IMG/VR virus record: IMGVR_UViG_3300017752_000012
Span: 1-57,647 of that record
Source of the DNA: a virus
Lineage: Duplodnaviria; Caudoviricetes
Length of the DNA: 57,647 bases
Direction: 5' to 3' (one strand)
Shown here: piece by piece, positions 36,269 through 46,097 of the stretch
Layout of the letters: each line of letters opens with the position of its first letter
How positions within the stretch are numbered: the stretch's first letter is position 1
Program-made: the position numbers and the translations under genes
Notes under the pieces: model-generated
Databases searched by the model: none
What the model was told of the DNA's origin: nothing
The model's input: only the letters and a program-made list of their open reading frames with translations

Positions 36269-37227
36269 TTAAATATGTCCTGCCAATTGCCTGTTGTGCT
36301 AGCTTTTGCATATTCTGTAGCACGATTTTCAAAAAAGTTAGTATGCTCAACTCCGTTGAGAATGTAGTCTAACCATGTTAAGGGGTTTTTATCACTACCA
36401 AAGATTTTCTTTAGCCCTAGACCAAGTAGTCTTCGATCAGCAATATAGCGAATGTACTCTTTTACTTCTTTTGGATCTAGTCCTGGTACATCCGCATCTT
36501 CAAAACAAAGATCAATAAATGCGTCCTCTAGCTCAACAGATCGCTCTGCCGCACAATAGATTTCATATTTAAGATCATCGTTCCATAACTCTGGATTTTC
36601 CTTGATAAATGTACGGAAAAGTTGAGACATTCCTTCTACGTGCAAGGTTTCATCTCGTATAGACCACGTAACAATCTGCCCCATACCTTTCATCAAGTTG
36701 TGTCGAGAGAAGTTCAACAAGATAGCAAAACTACTGAATAATTGTACTCCCTCTGTAAATCCAGAATAAATAGCCATTGTCTTAGCTATATCCATTTTAG
36801 TATCCATGCCAAAGTTGCTTAGATACTCATGTTTATCAAGCATTTCTTTATGTTCAAAAAACTTTTGGTACTCTGTATCGTCATACCCAAGTGTTTCTAG
36901 TAGCAAAGAATATGCTTCTTGATGCACTGCTTCCATTGCCGCAAAAGCAGATAGCATCATTCTTACTTCAGGCTGTTTAAATGTCGGCAAGTAGTGTTTT
37001 GCATAACCACAGCAAACATCAACATCAGCCTGGGTAAAGAAACGGAAGATTTGCGATAATAATTTTTTGTTTGGTTCGCTTAGATTCTCCCGAAAATCTT
37101 TCAAGTCATCAGCAAGATTGACTTCGTCCGGAAGCCAATGCATATGCTGCTGAGTTTTATAGTGTTCAAAAGCCCACGGATAGTTAAAGGGTTTATAATA
37201 CTCTCTTTCCTCTAGTAAATTACTCAT
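36265..37227 (-). CDS. nrdB: Ribonucleotide reductase class Ia beta subunit
   Basis: W.P.EV.L..D, FFTQAD, EAVHQEAY (radical Tyr), EGVQLFSSF, RDETLH, NFFE. Start set at ATG 37227 (ATGA with trx). Confidence 0.95.
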   Translation of the reverse strand: MSNLLEEREYYKPFNYPWAFEHYKTQQHMHWLPDEVNLADDLKDFRENLSEPNKKLLSQIFRFFTQADVDVCCGYAKHYLPTFKQPEVRMMLSAFAAMEAVHQEAYSLLLETLGYDDTEYQKFFEHKEMLDKHEYLSNFGMDTKMDIAKTMAIYSGFTEGVQLFSSFAILLNFSRHNLMKGMGQIVTWSIRDETLHVEGMSQLFRTFIKENPELWNDDLKYEIYCAAERSVELEDAFIDLCFEDADVPGLDPKEVKEYIRYIADRRLLGLGLKKIFGSDKNPLTWLDYILNGVEHTNFFENRATEYAKASTTGNWQDIFK

Positions 37228-37466
37228 GATAACCACTCCATTATGTCAGCCTTACTTTTTCCGCCTACAAGGCGACCCTGCTCAACACCTTCACTAGTAA
37301 GTAATACTAGTGTAGGTACTCCGCGTATTCCAAATTCACCTGCTAAATCAGGTTGCTTGTCTATATCTATATTTTCTACTGGATATGGTAGTACCATCTC
37401 GTCAAGAGTTTTTTGTAACATCTTGCAAGGCGCACACCACTCAGCACTAAACTTTAATATTTTCAT
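37224..37466 (-). CDS. trxA: Thioredoxin
   Basis: WCAPCK active site and GIRGVPT cis-Pro motif. Start MKILKF with RBS GAGGGG. Confidence 0.9.
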   Translation of the reverse strand: MKILKFSAEWCAPCKMLQKTLDEMVLPYPVENIDIDKQPDLAGEFGIRGVPTLVLLTSEGVEQGRLVGGKSKADIMEWLS

Positions 37467-37467
37467 T

Positions 37468-39237
37468 TTACCCCTCACACGCTAAACACGCGCCTTCGTC
37501 AATACTGTCGAATATATACTTACGCAGAGCTTCATCAGAAACTGTTTCTGCACGTTTGATTGCCTCACTTCTCAAATAATACAGAGTTTTTACTCCCTGT
37601 TTCCAAGCCATCATGTGTATAGCATGAAGCTCTTGTTTTGATACGTTTGCAGGAAAGAATACGTTGAGAGACTGGCTCTGGCATATTTCTTTCTGTCTAT
37701 CTGCGGCGAATTCAATTACCCACTTTTGGTCTATCTCTACTGCGGTTTTGAATACGTCTTTTGTGTAGTCATCTAAAAATTCGAGATGTTGAACAGACCC
37801 GCTATTAGTGATAATACTTTTCCAAACGTCGTCCGTATCCATCCCAATGTCCCGCAAACAGTCTTCCAGATACTCGTTTTTAAGTAAACTAGAACCGCTT
37901 TTAGTTTTTTGAGTAAATGCATTAGCCCTGTAAGGCTCGATGCTAGGGCTAGTATTACCGCAAATAATAGAGCTACTAGCATTAGGAGCAACAGCCAAAA
38001 GATGGGCATTACGTACTCCGAAACCTTGTCCATCAGGACATTCGCCCCTTTCTGCTGCGAGTTGTTTTGTCGCACGAACTGCCTCCGATTTAATTCTGTT
38101 AAACATTCTGTTGTTTGCGCCTTTTGCAAGTACGCTCTCAAAAGGAATGTGTTGTCTTTGAAGGTAAGCGTGGAAACCCATTGCACCCAAGCCAATACTT
38201 CTTTCTCTTTGTGCGCTGAGTTTTGCTCTGTGCAACTCGTCAGGCGCGTTTTCAATAAAGAATGTAAGAACATTGTCTAACATTCTTACTAGATCAGGGA
38301 TAAACATATCATCATTTCTCCACTCATCAAACTCTTCCAGATTTACACTTGATAGACAGCACACCGCTGTGCGAGCCTCTGTAGTCGGAAGTGTAATTTC
38401 AGAGCAAAGATTTGAGTGATGTACTTTCAACCCTAATGCTCTCTGAAAATCTGGCATCGCCTCGTCTACTGTATCCCCAAACATAATGTAAGGCTCTCCA
38501 GTCTCTACACGATTCTGGATAAGTTTTACCCAAAGTGTTTTGGCTGATACTGTTTTTGTTACTTTACCACTATGCGGGTCAATTAAGTCCCAAGAGTCAT
38601 CAAACCCTTCTTCTCTTGTCGCACCCTCAATCAACTCCATAAATGCGTCAGAAACAACGACGCCATGATGAAGATTTGTAGACTTTCTGTTAATATCGCC
38701 GCCTGTAGGCTTACGAATGTCCAAAAACTCTTCAATCTCTGGGTGAGACATTTCCAAATATGCTGCATAACTACCTCGTCTTGTTACTCCTTGCGAGAAC
38801 GCCAACATTTCAGCGTCCACTACCTTTAGAAAGGGTATTACCCCAGTGCTCTCACTCCCTGCACTAGTCCTAGAACCCACGGAACGGACATCGTTCCAAC
38901 ACCCACCGACACCACCGCCAACAGAAGATAAGAAGGCATTTTCTGTGTAATGGTCAGTGATTCCTCCGCGTGAGTCCTCCACATAATTAAGAAAACAACT
39001 AATAGGCATACCACGTTTAGTACCACCATTAGAAAGTATGGGAGTAGAGAACATAAACCATAATTTACTGGCATAATCGTATAACCTCTGTGCATGTTCT
39101 TCGTCATCTGCAAAAGCTCTAGCAGCTCGTGCAAATGCGTCTTGAGGGGATGTTTCACCCTCTACTAAATATCTATCTTCTAGAGTTTTAATACTGAACT
39201 CTGAGAGATAATTGTCTCTTTTATAATTAAGCTGCAC
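37468..39237 (-). CDS. nrdA: Ribonucleotide reductase class Ia alpha subunit (no ATP cone)
   Basis: STPILSN, ISCF, SNLCSEI, CCLSS, APNASSS, KTLYYLR, C-terminal CLACEG. Confidence 0.95.
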   Translation of the reverse strand: MQLNYKRDNYLSEFSIKTLEDRYLVEGETSPQDAFARAARAFADDEEHAQRLYDYASKLWFMFSTPILSNGGTKRGMPISCFLNYVEDSRGGITDHYTENAFLSSVGGGVGGCWNDVRSVGSRTSAGSESTGVIPFLKVVDAEMLAFSQGVTRRGSYAAYLEMSHPEIEEFLDIRKPTGGDINRKSTNLHHGVVVSDAFMELIEGATREEGFDDSWDLIDPHSGKVTKTVSAKTLWVKLIQNRVETGEPYIMFGDTVDEAMPDFQRALGLKVHHSNLCSEITLPTTEARTAVCCLSSVNLEEFDEWRNDDMFIPDLVRMLDNVLTFFIENAPDELHRAKLSAQRERSIGLGAMGFHAYLQRQHIPFESVLAKGANNRMFNRIKSEAVRATKQLAAERGECPDGQGFGVRNAHLLAVAPNASSSIICGNTSPSIEPYRANAFTQKTKSGSSLLKNEYLEDCLRDIGMDTDDVWKSIITNSGSVQHLEFLDDYTKDVFKTAVEIDQKWVIEFAADRQKEICQSQSLNVFFPANVSKQELHAIHMMAWKQGVKTLYYLRSEAIKRAETVSDEALRKYIFDSIDEGACLACEG

Positions 39238-40066
39238 TACTCATTCTCCCTTCAATCTCGGACACATTGTCCTCTCCTATTGCATCATCGCAATATGTTA
39301 CTAAATCCATCAACTCATAGTTTTGCAATAATGTTTCGCCATTCTGATTTAACTCTTGTATGTACTTGTATTTCCCATCAAGAGGTATATTATCATAGAT
39401 AGTCATCGCATCACCATACTCACTAATAAGTTGCTCAGCTCGTTTCGGCCCAATACCACTGATTCCAGGTACGTTATCCCCTTTATCGCCAGTCAGGCAC
39501 TTGAAAGAAATATATTCTTCTGGAGAGACGTTATAATGCTCGTTCCAGTTATCTATAGTTACTTCTTTCCTTGTTACATATGAGAAGCGATTTACACTTT
39601 CTTGTATTAGTAAATCCCAGTCTCGGTCACTTGATATCAGCCAAATTTCTTCTAGTCCATAATCTACTTTACGTTTTACAAGGTGGGCAGCAAGATCATC
39701 TGCCTCTACACCTTTGAAACGAAGAACTTGATAATCTTCAGCCAATAACTCTAGTGTTTCTTCATACTCTTCAAAGAAGTCAATAAATGCTTGCTTCTCT
39801 GCTTCAGTTTGTGTTGCATATTTATCTTTTCGATTCTGTTTGTACTCAGGTAAAATCTCTTTTCTATAACTAGAAGATCCCCAGTCTGCCGTAATAATTA
39901 TATTACCACAGTTGTAAGAGTTTGCTAATGATTTTACTACTGCTACATAATCGTGTCGAAAATCTGTTCTGCCTTGATGTTTCCAACGGAATGCTAGGTT
40001 GAGTGCATCTACTATGAGTGCTGTACCTTCATTTCCGCCCATTCTTTCTTCAAAATCAAAAGCCAC
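39227..40066 (-). CDS. D15: 5'-3' exonuclease / flap endonuclease (T5 D15-like)
   Basis: IVDALNL, YR...PEYK.NR, GVEADD, ISSDRDW, GDKGDNVPG..GIGPKRA. Confidence 0.92.
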   Translation of the reverse strand: MAFDFEERMGGNEGTALIVDALNLAFRWKHQGRTDFRHDYVAVVKSLANSYNCGNIIITADWGSSSYRKEILPEYKQNRKDKYATQTEAEKQAFIDFFEEYEETLELLAEDYQVLRFKGVEADDLAAHLVKRKVDYGLEEIWLISSDRDWDLLIQESVNRFSYVTRKEVTIDNWNEHYNVSPEEYISFKCLTGDKGDNVPGISGIGPKRAEQLISEYGDAMTIYDNIPLDGKYKYIQELNQNGETLLQNYELMDLVTYCDDAIGEDNVSEIEGRMSSAA

Positions 40067-40499
40067 CTATCCACTCCACTTCTTCTCGTAAAAAATCTTC
40101 GGCTAGTAGTATATAACAGTCTAGAAACGCTATCCACATATAATCTTCTGTGGTTTCTGGCATTTCTTGTGTAGCTACAAATACCTTAGATCTATCATAT
40201 TTAAAAAATAACAAAGGCTTCTGGTCTCCGCCTTCTGCTTGTATTACAATCTTTTTCCACCAACGTATAAGATTATTCGTCTTTTTAGCTGTAAATATCT
40301 TATCATTGAGTGGTGAATCTTTATAGTTTTTTACTTCTATGCAAAAATGGTTTCTCTGATTGGGGACATACAAGTCCCCTTTCAGATACTCCAATGCACC
40401 AGAAGCAGGTACTCTTTCAAACTTTAACCCTGTGGCTTCTCGAAGCATATCTCTTACAAGATACTCGCCACGTGCTCCTTTTGCTCTTGAATCTACCAC
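40056..40499 (-). CDS. D14: PD-(D/E)xK nuclease / Holliday junction resolvase-like (T5 D14-like)
   Basis: SRAKG.RGE, RVP.SGA, KGDLY, IEVK. Confidence 0.8.
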   Translation of the reverse strand: MVDSRAKGARGEYLVRDMLREATGLKFERVPASGALEYLKGDLYVPNQRNHFCIEVKNYKDSPLNDKIFTAKKTNNLIRWWKKIVIQAEGGDQKPLLFFKYDRSKVFVATQEMPETTEDYMWIAFLDCYILLAEDFLREEVEWIGGF

Positions 40500-41029
40500 T
40501 ATACGTATCCTTTTATTTTATATATACCTACTACATCATATGTTCTACTGTCTATTATATTCTCAAATGACTCCGCAACTTCTTTGTGCGACCAATCGGG
40601 TTTTATATGTACTTCATAAGGGTTATCATTTATAGGCCCTTGTTCATATTGCACAATAGGTATACTTATAATAATAATGCTACAACACTTCTGTAGTTTT
40701 GAAACTAGGTCTTGAGCCTGCTGTTTTGTCATATGCTCTAGTACATCTCCGCAAAATGCTACATCGTATCTATTAGACCCTAGATCTATATATCTTGCGT
40801 CTTTTACCAATACAGTATCGTATCGTCTATGTAAATCATATGCTTTTACATAAGGCTCCCATATCTCAACCCCTGTCCACTCACAATTTTGTAAGTTTTC
40901 CAAGTCTCTCATATACCGCGAGTATGTACCCTTACCTACTCCAACATCCAAAATCTTATTGTGAGAGGGAAATAATTTCGATATCCACTCTACAATCTTT
41001 CTTTTACCCTGCCCACTACTTCCGGGCAT
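40499..41029 (-). CDS. Class I SAM-dependent methyltransferase
   Basis: ILDVGVGKG (motif I), GVEI, DAR, YDVAFCGDVLEH. Confidence 0.85.
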   Translation of the reverse strand: MPGSSGQGKRKIVEWISKLFPSHNKILDVGVGKGTYSRYMRDLENLQNCEWTGVEIWEPYVKAYDLHRRYDTVLVKDARYIDLGSNRYDVAFCGDVLEHMTKQQAQDLVSKLQKCCSIIIISIPIVQYEQGPINDNPYEVHIKPDWSHKEVAESFENIIDSRTYDVVGIYKIKGYV

Positions 41030-42819
41030 TATTCTAACCTACTTATATTTTCTGACTTTACTACTTCTATCTTTTCCAGCAAGGGATGAGACCATCCATG
41101 CGACACCAAATAGGTATTCAAGTCTTCACGAAGTAGAACTTCTACTAGTCTTTCTTTTCCTGCGTCATCTAGTACGCTGATTACTTCATCTAAGAACAAT
41201 ATATTGATTTTGGACTTCGATATACTACTCATTAGCTTACGAATTGCTAGTAGAGTTGCAGTGTTCACGCGGGCTAATTCACCCGATGAAAGAGCAAGAA
41301 TGTCAATAACATTGCCTGCATCAGTAATTTGCACGTTTAATTTGTCGTTCGATACGATAAACTCTAGTGTAAATCTACCATCAGAGAGTTCAGCCAAATA
41401 AACATCAGCCATTTCTTCGAGCTCTCCGACAAGGTTTTCTATCTTGTAAGCTAGTAATCCGTTTGTACTAAAAGACTTCTTCAGTATATCAAGATTTGAC
41501 TCTAGCTTACGATTTTTCTCTAATTTTTCCGAATATTCTTCAAGTTGTGCAAGAAACTCATCAGTCTGTTCTTGTATAACTTGTATTCGGGTATTTCGAC
41601 GAGTTATTCGCTCGTTTTCTGCTCCGATTCTTGAAAGCTCTTCTTTTGACTCTCGTAAGCGCCTCTGCACGTCTGACAGCCTACTTTCAAGCTCTTGCTG
41701 ATCCAGCAAATCCGTCTGTAGGCTTCGATCGATGCTTCGGTACAAATCTTCCCAATCTTTCTTGCTCTGCTGATTCCGTTCATAGTCAGCATTTTCAGAT
41801 TTGATGTCGATAATTTGTCGTTGAAGATCTTTAACTCTTCCTGTAGCTTTTTCATATTTAGCCTCTTCCGCTTCTTTCATAGCTTTTTCAGCAGAGCTGT
41901 CAAGCGGCCCACCGCAGGTTGGACAAGTGTCCCGAATATCCCCTAATTGCTTGATAATTCGTTGAGCACCCGTAGCGGCTGCTTTCTCAGATCCTAGTTC
42001 TGACTGTAAATCATCGTAAGATCTATACTGTGCTGTCGAGTTGTTCACATCATTGATATTGATGGACTCGAGTTGCTGTTTATAAAAATTATTAGTTTGA
42101 ATTTTTTTATTTTTTTCCGAAATATTTTCAATTTCTATCGTAAGTGAACGCAAAGTCTTTTCATCTTTAGATGTATCAATTTCTAAATCTAACAAAGGTA
42201 GTATGGATGTATCACTCAATTTATTATCTTCTAACCATTTTTCAACGGTTGCAAGTTTCCCTGCTATTGTATTTGAAGTAGAAGTTACCTCTTTTGAAGC
42301 ACTTTTAAATAGTTCAAATAATTCAACATACTTTTCTAGGTGTAGCAAGTCAATAAGAAACTTCTTACGGTTCGCATCTGTAGCAGTCAAAAACTGTAAG
42401 CTCGCATTTGTATTCTGATATACTAGCTGAGAGAAAGTTTTAAAATCTACACCTATAACTTCTTGTAGAGTCTTGTAGGTATTTGTAGCCGTATGACTAG
42501 AAATATCTTCATTATTACACTCTAGTTTTACTTTGATACTGTTTTTACGATTAATTGTTATCTCGTACCTATCTGTATCTTTTGTGAAGGACAAATAGAT
42601 ATTATAACCATTATTAACATAACGGTTGGGAATGTCTGCTTTTTTGATCCCTTTTGAGTTTTTGTTGAACAACGCCTCTTCTATAATTAAGGGTATAGAC
42701 GACTTGCCCATACCATTTGTTCCCAGAATTTGGGTTACTGTGTTGTCATCTAAATGTAACTCGTTACCAGAGCCATAACTAAAGCAGTTATCCCATCTCA
42801 ACGTTTGTAGTGTAATCAT
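41029..42819 (-). CDS. D13: Rad50/SbcC-like recombination ATPase (T5 D13-like)
   Basis: GTNGMGKS, zinc hook CPTCG, coiled coils, LSSGE, LFLDE, VSH. Confidence 0.92.
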   Translation of the reverse strand: MITLQTLRWDNCFSYGSGNELHLDDNTVTQILGTNGMGKSSIPLIIEEALFNKNSKGIKKADIPNRYVNNGYNIYLSFTKDTDRYEITINRKNSIKVKLECNNEDISSHTATNTYKTLQEVIGVDFKTFSQLVYQNTNASLQFLTATDANRKKFLIDLLHLEKYVELFELFKSASKEVTSTSNTIAGKLATVEKWLEDNKLSDTSILPLLDLEIDTSKDEKTLRSLTIEIENISEKNKKIQTNNFYKQQLESININDVNNSTAQYRSYDDLQSELGSEKAAATGAQRIIKQLGDIRDTCPTCGGPLDSSAEKAMKEAEEAKYEKATGRVKDLQRQIIDIKSENADYERNQQSKKDWEDLYRSIDRSLQTDLLDQQELESRLSDVQRRLRESKEELSRIGAENERITRRNTRIQVIQEQTDEFLAQLEEYSEKLEKNRKLESNLDILKKSFSTNGLLAYKIENLVGELEEMADVYLAELSDGRFTLEFIVSNDKLNVQITDAGNVIDILALSSGELARVNTATLLAIRKLMSSISKSKINILFLDEVISVLDDAGKERLVEVLLREDLNTYLVSHGWSHPLLEKIEVVKSENISRLE

Positions 42820-43747
42820 TGTATGTGCCTATTATGTCTGGTATTTTTTCAGGATTGATTTCAAGTATATAAGCCAGATACTCTGATAACTCTTCCTGTA
42901 TAGACATTTCTTTGTCCATAATGAGTGTAGCTTCTGACTTTCTTTTTACTACTTTTTTATCCAACAGCTCTGAGTTCTTTACTGTTGCAAGGTCTTGTAT
43001 ATCCCCTTCTATCTCATAGATAGTATGGTCGTAGTCTGTAGGTATCATATCATCTTCTGTTGCTACTGTTTTACGCAATAGCTGAGGAAGGCGAAACTCT
43101 TCCCACATCCAATCCCAGTTATTTTCATTAATCAATAGATACCCGGTTTTTACCTTTGTTCTATGAAATGAAGTAGTCATGGGACTACCTGGATATACAA
43201 TATTTCTTTGTGTATTGCTATGACTGTGTAAGTCTCCTGCAAATACTACAGGGAAATCTTCTAGTAAGTCTAAGTCGATTTCTGGTTTAACGTGAGGTGG
43301 TATCTCTCCTCTGACATGAGTGAACAAGGGCATACTCTTATCAAAATGATCTATAGCACCTTTTCTGTGTAAGTCAGCGTAAGGCAATATGCCATAACCT
43401 AAATCTTGGTCTATGTATGATATATCTACTACATTTATTAGAGGGTTGATGTCCCGCGAGACTTGCTTTAGTTGGCTAAAGAAAGTCTTGTTCTTTTTAG
43501 TAGCTTCGTGATTTCCATCATAGATAATTGTTGGAATCTTTACTCCACGAATAAACTTGAAGTAAAGTTCCAACTCTTCCATATTCGGGAGACGATCAAA
43601 GAGATCGCCCCCGATTATGTGCATATTACACTCTTTCTCTAACTCATAGATCTGGTCAAAGAACATTTGATAACGGTTTGTAGCCCACTTGACTGGGACA
43701 TTTTTCTGACCCAGTTTTATGTGCCAGTCTGCCGTAAAGAGAATCAT
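42788..43747 (-). CDS. D12: Mre11/SbcD-like nuclease (T5 D12-like)
   Basis: ADWH, GGDLFD, GNHE, GDLH, YPGSP. Confidence 0.92.
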   Translation of the reverse strand: MILFTADWHIKLGQKNVPVKWATNRYQMFFDQIYELEKECNMHIIGGDLFDRLPNMEELELYFKFIRGVKIPTIIYDGNHEATKKNKTFFSQLKQVSRDINPLINVVDISYIDQDLGYGILPYADLHRKGAIDHFDKSMPLFTHVRGEIPPHVKPEIDLDLLEDFPVVFAGDLHSHSNTQRNIVYPGSPMTTSFHRTKVKTGYLLINENNWDWMWEEFRLPQLLRKTVATEDDMIPTDYDHTIYEIEGDIQDLATVKNSELLDKKVVKRKSEATLIMDKEMSIQEELSEYLAYILEINPEKIPDIIGTYNDYTTNVEMG

Positions 43748-44370
43748 CCTACATTAAACTCTTCTTCAAGTAACTCGTCATCTGCTTCGTTAGCTGCACC
43801 ACGAACACGATCAAGAAGCTCTTTCTGCGCGTCAGGCGTAGGACGAGGCATTACATCATCCATAGACTTTAGTTCACCTACTAGTGCTAACTCGTCGTCA
43901 GTAAGAGCGCGAGGCTTGCACTTCAGTGCTTGTAATTGATACTCAACATTGTAAGGAAGTGGGCCAGTTTTGACGCGCTTGAAACAGATGTCCCAACCAG
44001 TCTCAGGGTTAGTTGGATCACCCAAATCTTCAGCAGCAGTAATGATTTGCTCCCATAGTTTTTTCTTTAGGTTTACAACTTTAACTTGACCATTATCGAT
44101 GCACTGAGTAGCGTAGCTCCAGCCACACTTCAGATCAGGATAATACTCTCGTACCCAGTCTTTCTCTACGTTGTTGAATCTTTCAGAGTTTCTATCGAAA
44201 GATAGACACTCCATTGGAATGTTTTTATCATTCTCACCTTTAATCCAGTAAACATAGCGAGCAAGAATGTCGCCAACGATACGCATTTTGTTATCGCCGT
44301 CTTGATACTGAAAGGTGTCGATTGATGATTTTTGGGCAGAGCCCTTTTGTTGGTTAAATGCAATAGCCAT
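43744..44370 (-). CDS. D11: ssDNA-binding protein-like (T5 D11-like)
   Basis: RYVYW, ECL.FDR, DPT.PETGWD..F.R.KTGP...NVEY, acidic C-terminal tail. Synteny. Confidence 0.75.
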   Translation of the reverse strand: MAIAFNQQKGSAQKSSIDTFQYQDGDNKMRIVGDILARYVYWIKGENDKNIPMECLSFDRNSERFNNVEKDWVREYYPDLKCGWSYATQCIDNGQVKVVNLKKKLWEQIITAAEDLGDPTNPETGWDICFKRVKTGPLPYNVEYQLQALKCKPRALTDDELALVGELKSMDDVMPRPTPDAQKELLDRVRGAANEADDELLEEEFNVG

Positions 44371-44771
44371 TAGTGTATAGTCTCCAAAGTGACTTCTTCG
44401 TATATAAAAGTGATAGTATCATCTTCTATAACGAGTAGCCTGTTATCGTTAATATCTTCTAAAGGCACTGGACAATGCAGTGCGTCTAGTGTAGTTTTTT
44501 GATTTGCATAGTATTCCGACAAACTCCTAAGAGAAGCAAGTGCGTAATACATACATATTTCTTTTTGTTCATACTTATAAGAATTGTACAGCAAAAACTC
44601 TGGGTGTACCAGAAAAGAGTTACCAGAAAAGTTTTTACTAGAAAATTTATAGATAGGGTCGTACTTGTTTTTAGGGATTTTACCCTTGATAAGCATTTCC
44701 ATAATCAGATTACAATTATAGATGCTACCAGCCGCCGTATCGAAAACCTTCTTCCAATCAAATAAGAGCAT
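44370..44771 (-). CDS. Conserved T5-like hypothetical protein between D10 and D11
   Basis: MLLFDW.K..., G.SFL, Y.ALASLR, NRLL...I.F.YE. Synteny. Confidence 0.6.
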   Translation of the reverse strand: MLLFDWKKVFDTAAGSIYNCNLIMEMLIKGKIPKNKYDPIYKFSSKNFSGNSFLVHPEFLLYNSYKYEQKEICMYYALASLRSLSEYYANQKTTLDALHCPVPLEDINDNRLLVIEDDTITFIYEEVTLETIH

Positions 44772-44773
44772 AT

Positions 44774-44802
44774 ATTATACCGAAGTTTAAGTAAGTTGTC
44801 AA
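44774..44802 (-). promoter_or_regulatory. Sigma70 promoter
   Basis: On the - strand: TTGACA 44802-44797, 17-nt spacer, TATAAT 44779-44774. Confidence 0.88.
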
Positions 44803-44813
44803 GAAATATTTTT

Positions 44814-46097
44814 TTAAAGGTATTTCATGTTCCAGCCTTGTTTCATATAAAATCCTACCCTATTGGAAGCCTGCTTGCGAGCAGTATTGCCTTTGAGGTG
44901 AATATCAATGATGACTGGATCAATTTTACCTTCTTTTTTACGAATAACCCTACCCACAAGCTGTGTTAGCAAAGGCTCGTTATTCACTGGTGTGCCTAGA
45001 ATGAGGCAACTAAGGTTATCTACTGATATACCTTCTGAGAAAATTGCTTGCGTTCCATACAAAACCTGTGCATCCCCGTACAGAATCTCATCTACAAGTT
45101 TTTCTCGATCTTCATGCCCCACTTCACCAGTTACACAAATTGCTTTGTCTCCAGTGAGTTCGGCACATCTTTTCAAAAAGCTAACACGATCACTTACTAC
45201 TAGCACTTTATGCCCTCTTGCGGCGTAGGCCGCGGCAAGCATACTGATTGTATGTTGATACTCTTCATCAGTTGCTAGTTTAGTTACTCTGTTAGCCCAG
45301 GGTATTCTTGCTCCATCCATGAAACGAATCTCTGATGGAACAATATGTACTGTAGGGGTCATATAGTTTTCTTTGGGTGGCTTAAAAAGAGTATTACCAA
45401 AGTAATCTCTGAACACAACGTGCTTTCCATCCTTCCTTTCTATAGTCCCCGATAGACCTATCTTATATCTACAGTAATTTGTATCTAAGATTTTGCTAAA
45501 GGTCGGACTACTAACGTGATGCATTTCATCAAGTATGATAGTGCCGAACTCTTTACGAATCTTGTCTACGTTTCGGTACAAAGTCTGAGTATTCCCAATG
45601 ACGATAGGGGCGTCAAGTTCAAATCTTCCACTACCTATGATGCCAGGTTCAAAACCATAGACTTTCTTTACCTCTTTTGCCCACTGATTACGCAGAGGGA
45701 CTGTATGAGTAACAACAAGAGTTTTCTGACCTAACTTTCCTGCGATTGCAAGACCTGTAAAAGTCTTACCCCAGCTGACCCATGCGTTGATTATACTATT
45801 GTCTTTGATCTCATCGTAAACCGCTTTTTGACTTGGTCGAAGATCAAACTTAAACTCAGGAAATTCTACTGGCTTCTCAATACGCTTATCGACTATTTCG
45901 TAGTGATCTGGTATCAAATCCGTACGTCCGATAGGTAATGACACTAACCCATTACGAATAATGCCCATGTTTTTGATGACTTGGGGCGGATCATGTGGGT
46001 TGTGCGAAGGAATCGTATATGTAAGCTCTTTATCGATGTGCTCTTGCAATCGATCATCGCATTCCATATAGATTCTGTGGCTTATGACTGCCTTCAT
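44814..46097 (-). CDS. D10: SF2 helicase (T5 D10-like)
   Basis: LRPSQ, GKT, DEMHH, GLSGT..RKDG, SEGIS, QLVGRV.R. Confidence 0.9.
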   Translation of the reverse strand: MKAVISHRIYMECDDRLQEHIDKELTYTIPSHNPHDPPQVIKNMGIIRNGLVSLPIGRTDLIPDHYEIVDKRIEKPVEFPEFKFDLRPSQKAVYDEIKDNSIINAWVSWGKTFTGLAIAGKLGQKTLVVTHTVPLRNQWAKEVKKVYGFEPGIIGSGRFELDAPIVIGNTQTLYRNVDKIRKEFGTIILDEMHHVSSPTFSKILDTNYCRYKIGLSGTIERKDGKHVVFRDYFGNTLFKPPKENYMTPTVHIVPSEIRFMDGARIPWANRVTKLATDEEYQHTISMLAAAYAARGHKVLVVSDRVSFLKRCAELTGDKAICVTGEVGHEDREKLVDEILYGDAQVLYGTQAIFSEGISVDNLSCLILGTPVNNEPLLTQLVGRVIRKKEGKIDPVIIDIHLKGNTARKQASNRVGFYMKQGWNMKYL

